Positions 51,573 through 64,000 of a DNA stretch of 64,000 nt are shown piece after piece. Source of the stretch: the human T2T-CHM13v2.0 reference genome, Homo sapiens; assembly GCF_009914755.1 (NCBI RefSeq), contig NC_060926.1, one strand, 5' to 3'. Both the position numbers and the translations under genes were made by a program. Each line of letters opens with the position of its first letter. Within the stretch, counting starts at the first letter, position 1. The notes beneath the pieces are model-generated. The model ran no database searches. It had not been told where the DNA came from and saw only the letters and a list, made by a program, of their open reading frames with translations.

Positions 51573-54500
51573 GGGAGAGGGGCTGGCATGATGGCCAAAT
51601 AACAGCTGTGGTCTGCAGCTCCCGGTAAGACCAATGCAGAAGAAGTGTAATTTCTGCATTACTGACTGAGATACCTGGTTCATCATATTGGCATTGGTTA
51701 GACAGTGGGTGTAGCCCACGGAGGGTGAGCCAAAGCAGGCTGGGGTGTCGCCTCACCCAGGAAGTGCAAGGGGTTGGGGAACTCCTTCCCTTAGCCAGGG
51801 GAAGCCATAAGGGACGGTGCTATCCAGACCCAGATACTAAGCTTTTTCCATGGTCTTCACAACCCGCAGATCAGGAGATTCCCTCGGATGCCTCCACAGC
51901 CAGGGCCCCGGGTTTCAAGCACAAAACTGGGCGACCGTTTGGGTAGACACTGAGCTAGCTGCAGGATTTTTTTCCTTGTACTCCATTGGTGCCTGGAATG
52001 CCAATGTGACAGAACCATTCACTCCCCTGGAAAGGGGGCTGAAACCAGGGAACCAAGTGGTCTTGCTCAGCAGCTCGCACCCCTATGGAGCCCAGCAAGC
52101 TAAGATCCACTGGCGGCAAAGCACTGTAGCCAGGCTGCCTCTCTAGATTCTCCTCTCTGGGCAGGGCATCTCTGAAAGAAAGGCAGCAGCCTCAGTCAGG
52201 GGCTTATAGATAAAACTCCCATCTCCCTGGGACAGAGCACCTGAGGGAAGGGGGCGGTTGTGAGCGCAGCTTCAGCAGACTTAAATGTTACTGCCTGGAG
52301 GCTCTGAAGAGAGTAGCCAATCTCCCAGCACAGGGCTCGAGCTCTGCTAAGGGAAAGACTGCCTCCTCAAGTGGGTCCCTGACCCCCATGCCTCCTGACT
52401 GGGAAACATCTCACAGCAGGGATTGACAGACACCCCATACAGGAGAGCTCTGGCTGGCATCTGGCAGGTACCCCTCTGGGATGAAGCTTCCAGAGGAAGG
52501 AGCAGGCAGCAATCTTTGCTCTTCTGTAGCATCTGCTGGTGATACTCTGGCAAACAGGGTCAGGAGTGGACCTCCAGCAAACTCCAGCAGACCTGCAGAA
52601 GAAGGGCCTGACTGTTAGAAGGAAAACTAACAAACAGAAAGCAATAGCATCAACATCAACACAAAGGATGCCCATGCAAAAACCCCATGCAAAGGTCATC
52701 AACATCCAAGACCAAAGGTAGATAAATCCATGAAGATAGGGAAAAACTAGCACAAAAAGCCTGAAAATTCCAAAAACCAGAATGTGTCTTCTCCTCCAAA
52801 GGATCAGAACTCCTGGCCAGCAAAGGAACAAAACTGGATGGAGAATGAGTTAGACGAATTGAAAGAAGTAGGCTTCAGAAGGTGGGTACTAACAAACTCT
52901 CCCAAGCTAAACAGCATGTTCTAACCCAATGCAAGGAAGCTAAGAACTTTTATTGGAACTGCTAACTAGAATAACCAGTTTAGCAAAGAACATAAATGAC
53001 CTGATGGAGCTGAAAAACACAGCATGAGAACTTCGTGAAGCCTACACAAGTATCAATAGTCGAATTGATCAAGCAGAAGAAAGGATATCAGAGACTTAAT
53101 GAAACAAAGCGTGAAGACAAGATTAGAAGAAAAAGAATGAAAAGGAATGAAAAAAGCCTCCAAGAAATATGGGACTATGTGAAAAGACCAAACCCACATT
53201 TGATTAGTGTATCTGAAAGTTACAAGGAGAATGGAACCAAGTTGGAAAACACACTTCAGCGTATTATCCAGGAGAACTTCCCCAACCTAGCAAGACAGGC
53301 CAACCTTCAAATGCAGGAAATTCAGAGAACACCACAAAGATACTCCTTGAGAAGAGCAACCTTAAGACACATAATCATCAGATTCACCAAGGTTGAAATG
53401 AAGGAAAAAATGTTAAGGGCAGCCAGAGAGAAAGCCCAGATTACCCAGAAAGGGAAGCCCATTAGACTAACAGTGAATCTCTTTGCAGAAACCCTACAAG
53501 CCAGAAAAGAGTGGGGACCAGTATTCAACATTCTTAAAGAAAAGAATTTTCAACCCAGAATTTCATATCCAGCCAAACTAAGCTTCATAAACGAAGCATA
53601 AATAAAGTCCTTTACAGACAAGAAGATGCTGAGGGATTTTGTCACCACCAGGCCTGGCTTACAAGAGCTCCTGAAGAAAGCACTAAATATGGAAAGGAAA
53701 AACCAATAGCAGCCACTGCAAAAACATACCAAAATGTAAAGACCATCAACCCTATGAAGAAACTGCACCAACTAATGTGCAAAATAACTAGGTAACATCA
53801 TAATGACAGGATCAAATTCAAACATAACAATATTAATTTTAAATGTAAATGGGCTAAATGCTTCAATTAAAAGACACAGACTGGCAAATTGGACCAAGAG
53901 TCAAGAGGCTTCGTGTGTTGTATTCAGGAGACCCACCTCACGTACAGAGACACACCTAGGCTCAAAATAAAGGGATGAAGGAATATCTACCAAGTAAATG
54001 GAAAGAAAAAAAAAAAGCAGGGGTTGCAATCCTAGTCTCTGAGTAAACAGACTTTAAACCAACAAAGATCAAAAAAGACAAAGAAGGGCATTACATAATG
54101 GTAAAGGGATCAATGCAACGAGAACAGCTAACAATCCTAAATATATATATGGACCCAATACAGGAGCACCGAGATTCATAAAGCAAGTTCTTAGAGACCG
54201 AAAAAGAGACTTAGACTCCCACACAATAATAGTGGGAGACTTAAACATCCCACTGTCAATATTAGACAGATCAACAAGACAGAAAATAGACAAAGATATT
54301 CAGAACTTGAACTCAGCTTTGGACCAAGCATACCTAATAGACAACTACAGAACTCTCCACCCCAAATCAACAGAATATACATTCTTCTTAGCACCATATG
54401 CACTTATTCTAAAATTGATCAAATAATTTGAGGTAAAACACTCCTCAGCAAATGCAAAAGAATGGAAGTCATAACAAACAATCTCTTAGACCACAGTGCA

Positions 54501-57500
54501 ATCAAATTAGAACTCAGGATTAAGAAATTCACTCAACATCGTACAACTACATGGAAACTGAACAACCTGCTCTTGAAAGAGTACTGGGTATATAATGAAA
54601 TGAAGGCAAAATAAATAAGTTCTTTGAAACCAATGAGAACAAAGACACAACATACCAGAATCTCTGGGACACAGCTAAAGCAGGGCTTAGTAGGAATTTA
54701 TAGCACTAAATGCCCACATCAGAAAGCTAGAAAGATCTAAAATCAACACCCTAAAATCACAATTAAAAGAACTAGAAAACAAAAAGCAAACAGATTCAAA
54801 AGCTAGCAGAAGACAAGAAATAACTAATATTAGAGCAGAATTGAAGGAGATAGAGACATGAAAAACCATTAAAAAAATGAATCCAGGAGCTGGTGTTTTG
54901 AAAAGATTAACAAAATAGATATACCGCTAGCCAGACTAATAAAGAAGAAAAGAGAGGAGAATCAAATAGACACAATAAAAAATGGTAAAGGGGATATCAC
55001 CATAGATCCCACAGAAATACAAACTGACATCAGAGAATACTATAAATACCTCTACACAAATAAAAGAGAAAATCTAGAAGAAATGGATAAATTCCTGAAC
55101 ACATACACCCTCCCAAGACTAAACCAGAAAGAAGTCTAATCCCTGATTAGACCAATAGCAAGTTCTGAAATTGAGGCAGTAATTAATAGGCTACCAACCA
55201 AAAAAAGCCCATTACCAGACAGATTCGCAGCTGAATTCTACCACAGGTACAAAGAGGAGCTGGTACGATTCCTTCTGAAACTATTCCAAACAATAGAAAA
55301 AGAGGGAATCCTCCCTAACTCATTTTATGAGACCATCATCATACTGATACCAAAACCTGGCAGAGACACAACAAAAAGAAAAAAGAAAATTTCAGGCCAA
55401 CATCCATGATGAACATCGATATGAAAATCCTCAATAAAATACTGGCAAACCGAATCCAGCAGCACATCAAAAAGCTTATGCACCACGATCAAGTTGGCTT
55501 CATTCTGGGATGCAAGGCTGGTTCAACATATGCAAATCAATAAATATAATTCATTACATAAATGAAACCAATGACAATAACCACATGATTATCTCAATAG
55601 ATGCAGAAAAGGCCTTTGATAAAATTCAACACCCCTTCATGCTAAAAACACTCAATGAAGTAGGTACTGATGGAACATATCTCAAAATAATGAGAGCTAT
55701 TTATGACAACCCCACAGCTAATATCATCCTGGATGGGCAAAAGCTAGATGCATTCCCTTTGAAAACCGGCACAAGACAAGGATGTCCTCTCTTACCACTC
55801 CTATTCAACATAGCATTGGAAGTTTTGACCAGGGCAATCAGGCAAGAGAAAGAAATAAAGGGTATTCAAATAGGAAAAGGGAAAGTCAAATTGTCTCTGT
55901 TTGCAGATGCCATGATTGTATATTTAGAAAACCCCATCATCTCACCCCAAAACTCCTTAACCTAATAAGCAAATTCAGCAAAGTCTCAGGATAAATTACA
56001 GGCATTTTTACACACCAATAATAGACAGAGAACCAAATCATGAGTGAACTCCCATTCACAATTGCTACAAAGAGAATCAAATACTTAGGAATACAGCTTG
56101 CAAAGTATGTGAAGGACCTCCTCAAGGAGAAATACAAATCACTGCTCAAGGAAATAAGAAAGGACACAAATAGAAAATCATTCCATGCTCATGGATAGGA
56201 AGAGTCAATATTGTGAAAATGGCCATACTGCCCAAAGTATTTTATAGGTTCAGTGCTATTCTCATCAAGCTATTGTTGACTTTCTTCACAGAATTAGAAA
56301 AAAAAAAACTACTTTAAATTTCGTATGGAACCAAAAAAGGGCCCATATAGCCAAGACAATCCTAAGCAGAAAGAACAAAGCTGGAAGCATCACACTACCT
56401 GAATTCAAACTATACTACAAGCCTACCGTAACCAAAACAGCAGGGTGCTGGTACCAAAACAGATATATAGACCAATGGAACAGAACAGAGACCTCAGAAT
56501 TAACACCACACATCTACAACCATCTGATCTTTGACAAATCTGACAAAAACAAGCAATGGTAAAAGAATTCCCTTTTTAATAAATGCTATTGGGAAAACTG
56601 GCTAGCCATATGCAGAAAACTTAAAATGGAGCCCTTCTTACACCTTATACAAAAATTAACTCAAGGTGGATTAAAGACTTAAATTTAAGACCTAAAACTG
56701 TAAAAACCCTAGAAGAAAACCTAGGCAATACCATTCAGAACATAGGCATGTTAATACACTTCATGACTAAAATAGCAAAAGCAATGGCAACAAAAGCCAA
56801 AAGTGACAAATGGGATCTAATTAAACTAAAGAGCTTCTGCAAAGCAAAAGAAACTCTAATCAGAGTGAGCAGGCAACCTACAGAATGGGAGAAAATTTTT
56901 GCAATCTATCCATCTGACAAAGGGCTAATATCCAGAATCTACAAGGAACATAAACAAATTTACAAGAAAAATACAAACAACCCCAACAAAAAGTGGGCAA
57001 AGGATATGAATAGACACTTCTCAAAAGAAGACATTTATGTGGCCAAGAAACATATGAAAAAAAGCTCATCATCACTGGTCATTAGAAAAATGCATATCAA
57101 AGCCACAATGAGATACCATCTCATGCCAGTTAGAATGGTGATCATTAAAAAGTCAGAAAACAACAGATGCTGGAGAGGGTGTGGAGAAGTAGGAACACTT
57201 TTACAGTGTTGGTGGGAGTGTAAATTAGTTTAACCATTGTGGAAGACAGTATGGTGATTCCTCAAGGATCTAGAACCAGAAATACCATTTGACCCAGCAA
57301 TCTCATTACTGGGTATATACCCAGAGGATTATAAATCATTCTACTATAAAGACACATGCACACATATATTTATTGCGGCACTATTCACAATAGCGAAGAC
57401 TTGGAATCAACCCAAATGTCCATCAATGATAGACTGAATAAAGAAAATGTGGCACATATATACCATGGAATAGTATGCAGTCATAAAGAAGGATGAGTTC

Positions 57501-57831
57501 ATGTCCTTTGCAGGGACATGGATGAAGCTGGAAACTATTATTCTCAGCAAACTAACACAGAAACAGAAAACCAAACACCCCATGCTCTCACTCAAAAGTG
57601 GGAGTTGAACAATGAGAACATATGGACACAGGAAGGGGAACATCACACACCGGGGCCTGTTGGTTGGTCGGGGCCAAGGGGAGGGATAGCATGAGGAGAA
57701 ATACCTAATGTATATGATGCGTTGATGGGTGCAGCAAACCACCATGGCACATGTATACCTATGTAACAAAACTGCACATTCTGCACGTGCATGTATCCCA
57801 GAAGTTAAAGTGTAATAAAAAATAAATAAAA
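51573..57831 (+). mobile_element. Full-length L1PA7-like element (both ORFs disrupted)
   Basis: 5'UTR GGCTGGCATGATGGCC..., ORF1 ~52730-53740, ORF2 from ATGACAGGATCA (53803) with stops and frameshifts (FADA at the RT motif), L1PA7-type 3'UTR. Confidence 0.95.
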
Positions 57832-57856
57832 TTTGTTTAAAAAAGAGTGAGTGATG

Positions 57857-58716
57857 CATGTAGGAGAATGAAACTTGATCCTCCTCATCTGTCATCTTAT
57901 ACAAAAATCAACTCAAGATGGATTAAGGGCTTAAACCTAAGACCTGAAGCTATAAAAATTCTAGAAGATAACACTGGAAAGGCACTTCTAGACGTCAGCT
58001 TAGGCAAGGATTTCATGACCAAAAACCCAAAAGCAATTGCAATAAAAACAAAGATAAATAACTGGGACCTAATTAAACTCAAGAGCTTTTGCATGGCAAA
58101 AGGAACAGTCAGCAGAGTAAACAGACAACCCATAGAGTGGGAGAAAATCTTCACAATCTATACATCTGGCAAAGGACTAATATCCAGAACCTATGATGAA
58201 CTCAAACAAATCAGTAAGAAAAAAAAAATCAATACCATCAAAAAGTGAGCTAAAGACATGAATAGACAATTCTCTAAAGAAGATTTACAAATGGCCGACA
58301 AGCATATGAAACAATGTTCAACATCCCACTAATGATCAGGGAGAGGCAAATCAAAACCACAATGTGATAACACCTTACTACTATAAGAATGGCCATAGCC
58401 AAAGAATAAAAAAAAAAGTGAATGTTGGCATGGATGTGGTGATCAGGTAACATTTCTACACTGCTGGTGGGAGTGTAAACTAGTACAGCTGCTATGGAAA
58501 ACAGCGTGGAGATTCCTTAAAGAACTAAAAGTAGAACCACCCTTTGATCCAGCAATCCCACTACTGGGTGTCTACCCAGAGGAAAAGAAGTCATTATTCA
58601 AAAAAAAAAGATACTTGCACATGCATGTTTATAGCAGCACAATTCACAATAGCAAAGTGGTGGAACCAACCCAAATACCCATTAATTAATGAGTAGATAA
58701 AGAAACTCTGGTAGAT

Positions 58717-58762
<46 letters not shown>

Positions 58763-59145
58763 CGGAATACTACTCAGCCATAAAAAGGGTGAATTAATGG
58801 CATTTGCAATGACCTGGATGAGATTAGAGACTATTATTCTAAGTGAAGTAACTCAGGAATAGAAAACCAAACATCGTATGTTCTCACTGATATATGTGAG
58901 ATAAGCTATGAGGACACAAAGGCATAAGAATGACACAGTGAACTTTGGGGAGCTGGGGGAAATATTGGGAGGGTAGTGAGGGATAAAAGACAACAAATAT
59001 GGGACAGTGTATACTGCTTGGGTGATGGGTGCACAAAGTTCTCATAAATCTCCACTAAAGGACATACTCAGGTAACCAAATACCACCTGTACCCCAATAA
59101 CTCATGGAAAAATAAAATTTTTTTAAAAAAGAAAAAAACCCAAAG
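57857..59145 (+). mobile_element. L1PB (PB1-like) 3' fragment
   Basis: CATGTAGGAGAATGAAAC...CTAGAAGATAACA, PB-type 3'UTR ending CCCAATAACTCATGGAAAAATAAAA. Confidence 0.9.
58717..58760. repeat. (GATA)11 STR
   Basis: Perfect tetranucleotide run within the L1PB fragment. Confidence 0.97.
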
Positions 59146-59299
59146 AACCAAGTACTGTCATTACTCACCTGATTTTTAGTTCTTGGGATGATTCTTTTCT
59201 GTGTGCAGATAGTTATTAATATTTGGTGTTCCTTCAGGGAGAGCAAAAGGTGTAGGCTTCTATTGAGCCATCTTGCTCAATTGTATCAATGGGTTTATT

Positions 59300-61550
59300 G
59301 TGAAACATTTAACAGGTACTTTTGCTGTGGTGAACTGAATCTCATTCCTTCCTTCCTTCATCCTTCCCTTTCTCTGTTCCTTCTTTCATCCCACCTCACT
59401 TTATTTTTTGCTTCCCTTTTTAAACATTTTGGTACTAATCATTGTATTTTCTTGTTCCTCATTGATAATCTACAGGAAACCTATTGATTTATGTATTTTA
59501 TAAATTTCTGGCCACAAAACATTTTTTCCAATTTTTAATTAATCTCTTGACTTTTCCAGGCAACTAATGAAAAATACTTCAAATACTGTGTGCTTATTCT
59601 CTTTCTTTAAAATATTAATAAATCTTATTTTTAAAATTATCTTATTGCATCAAGCATGGCTAAATATTATTAGTGCTAGTAGTCATTTTGTTCAATTTCA
59701 GACATTAATGGGGTTGTTTCAAATGTTTTACTCTTACATTTTCTTTTTGTTGCATATTACTGGTGGATACCTTTTATAAAATTAAGATAGTAGTTTCGGT
59801 CCCAAGCTTGATAAGAATTTGTGATTTCCTAGCCATTTTACTTTAAAATCAGGGATCTGTGTTAAATTTAACAGAAGCTATTATAGAGAATCTAGTAAGA
59901 TAGTTATCCGAGAGTTTATTACTATGTTAATATTATTTAGCTAATATATTTGCTGATTTAAACAACTCATGCATTTCTGTAATACATCCTACTTGGTTAT
60001 AATATATATTTAAATCACTGTTATATTAAATTAGCCTACATTTTATTCATAACTTATTCATTGTTTTATAAAATCTTGATTTTCTTCCACTGTCCTTTTC
60101 CTGGAAAATAATATATTTTTCATTTATCTGAGTGGGTTTTTATAATACAGAAAATTTTAAAGAGAAAATGAAAAGAAATCACTTGGAACTATGCCTAGGA
60201 TTAGTATGTTTTTAGGGATATGTCCTTAATTCCTGATATTTTCTTCTAAGGTAACTGGACCATAGATGTTACACTTCCATTTCCAATTAATTTTGCAAAT
60301 TACTATTTTTGAAAAAAATCCATTTCACTTAGCACATAAACTTTTATTGGTGTAAAGGTTTATTCATTGATATTAATATCTTTAAATATCTCCTGCATTG
60401 TATAGTTACATTCCTTTTATTAAATGTTCTTTTAAATATAACTTTTAAATAAAAAATTTTTTAAAAATCACTAATCAATGTTTTATCTATTTCATTGACA
60501 TAAAGTGACTGATATTGATTTTATTTTAGCAACTATATTGGTTTTTGTGTTTATTTTATAGAAACAATTTATTGTGTTTATTATTTCATCAACTCAATCT
60601 TTGACCATATATGTTTTCACTTTATCTTCCTGGAATAAATGCTTACTTCACTCATTTTTATTCTTACTTGTTTTTTAATGAAAATACTAATAAACATTAT
60701 TTTTGTTTTGAATACTTAGGAGAGTACCCCATTTATAACATTATTATTTTTATTAAAAATTAATCTAATTACAAAAAATGTGCCATCTGTGTAAACGTCT
60801 CTCCTCACCATTTTTCTAGTCTTATGATTTCAACTTTTTAATTTTTTTGTAAAATTTTATCTTTTTAAGTCAGTACATAGTTGGAACACTGGTTTGATTT
60901 TTTTATTTTGCAAAATTTTTGAGGGAAATTATATAAATCATATTTATTATGATTAATAATATTCTAATAAATTTTATTTTTAAGTTTTCTATTGAATATT
61001 CTTTTATTTTTTCTTTTACCTTTTTTTGCATTTTATTAATCCAATACTTTTGTTGTAGATGTTTGACAATTTTACGTCTTCGTTCAACTTTAGTATTTAC
61101 AATTAAATTTATATTTTGCAAATTTAAATTTATAATAACGTTTTATTCATATTCTTCCCTCAAAAGCAAATGAAGAACAACAAACTAGTACATTTATGCT
61201 TTTCTATGTTACATCTCTTGTATCATAAATTATCTTATATATTTTTAGTTTTTAGTTATTTAAAAAATATTGCTGAACAATTCTTCTTTAGATTTAAATG
61301 TAGCTTTAAACTTTTTTTTATCACAATTTTCCAGTGTACTTTGCCTTCTTTTTCTCTTGAATGCCTCATTTTTTCCTTATAGGACAAATTTCTGTAATTA
61401 TTTAAAATAAAGTCTTGGTGATAAATACTCTGAATCCTTACGTATTTGAAATACCTACAATTTGCTATCATACCTGAATGCTAGTTTGTCTGGCTATGAA
61501 ATTGTGGGTTCAAACTTCTTTTCATTTTGCACTTTGAAAGTGTTTATCTA
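59300..61550 (-). mobile_element. Highly decayed old L1M fragments and AT-rich low complexity
   Basis: Scattered antisense L1 motifs (CATCCTACTTGGTTAT, TTTGTCTGGCTATGAAATTGTGGGTT). Confidence 0.5.
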
Positions 61551-61739
61551 GTACATTCTACAGCATAATATATGCAATAAGAATTTAAAAACACATTTAC
61601 AAATATTTACTCAGTCCTACTCATTCTCATTCTACAGTTCTCTGTCTCTGTCTCTCATTTGTCTCTAAGAATTTGAAATTTTCTCAAGATCCATGGGTCT
61701 TTTTATCACATTCACGTTCATCCTACTCTACTGAGTACA

Positions 61740-63230
<1,491 letters not shown>

Positions 63231-63336
63231 AAGAATATCTAACTCATAGAATGAGCACAAATAAATTCATGTTGTCACACTCAATGAGCACAGAAATATA
63301 TGGACTTCATTGTCATGAAAGTAAAATGTAAAACTC

Positions 63337-64000
63337 TGTATTAGTCTGTTCTTGCACTGCTGATAAAGACATGCCTGAAACTGGGTAATTTATAAAGAAA
63401 AAGAGGTTTAATCGACTCACAGTTCCACGTGGCTGGGGAGGCCTCACAATCATGGCAGAAGGTGAAAGGACATCTTACATAGTGGCAGACAAGGGAGAAG
63501 TGAGAACCAAGAGAACGGGGTTTCCCCTTATAAAACTGTCAGATCTTGTGAGGCTCATTCACTACCATATGAACAGTATAGGAGAAACTGACCCCATGAT
63601 TCAATTGTCTCCCACTGGGTTCCTCCTGAAACACATGGAAATTATGGGAACTACAATTCAAGATGAGATTTGGGTGGGGACAAAGCCAAACCATATCATT
63701 TCTCCCTGGCCCCTACCAAATCTCATATCCTCACATTTCAAAACCAATCATGCCTTCCTAACAGTGCCCCAAAGACTTTAACTCATTTCAACATTAACTC
63801 AAAAGTCCACATTCAAAAGGCTCATCTAACACAAGGCAAGTCCCTTCTGCATATGAGCCTGTGAAATCAAAAGCAATTTAGTTACTTCCTAGATACAATA
63901 AGGGTATAGGAATAGATACATACGCCCATTCCAAATGAGAGAAATTGGCCAAAACAAAGGAACTACAGGCCCCAAGAAATTCTGAAATCTGGAGCGAGGG
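63337..64000 (-). mobile_element. THE1B-like 3' LTR (63337-63698) plus internal region running off the window
   Basis: TGTATTAGTC...GCCAAACCATATCA, followed by THE1-internal sequence. Confidence 0.93.

Noticed and set aside
52730-57610. Full-length L1 as a potentially active element
   Set aside because: ORF1 and ORF2 carry multiple stops and frameshifts, and the RT motif is FADA instead of FADD.

Overview
AT-rich primate (human-like) intergenic or deep-intronic DNA made up mostly of interspersed repeats: 11 Alus or Alu fragments, three young L1PA insertions, an L1PB fragment, several old L1M/L2/L3/MIR remnants, MaLR LTR elements (THE1, MLT1), a truncated ERVL and hAT/Tigger DNA-transposon relics. 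I found no host protein-coding gene, RNA gene, CpG island or CRISPR-like array. The recognisable ORFs are L1 or ERVL remnants, and the rest look like antisense or chance ORFs. I see no evidence for a new gene system; the notable signals concern how the region was assembled. (1) A 7.6-kb composite of a full-length L1PA7-like element plus a 1.3-kb L1PB 3' fragment lies inside ONE target-site duplication (TSD), probably a 3' transduction or L1-L1 chimera, nested in an older L1MA that keeps its own TSD. (2) A ~275-bp copy of sequence from 1.77 kb downstream is inserted into a (TA)n microsatellite. (3) An L1 has a 3.65-kb twin-priming inversion. (4) A one-LTR ERVL sits inside an otherwise contiguous L2. 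Subfamily names come from recalled consensus features, not database searches, and boundaries of old repeats are approximate.
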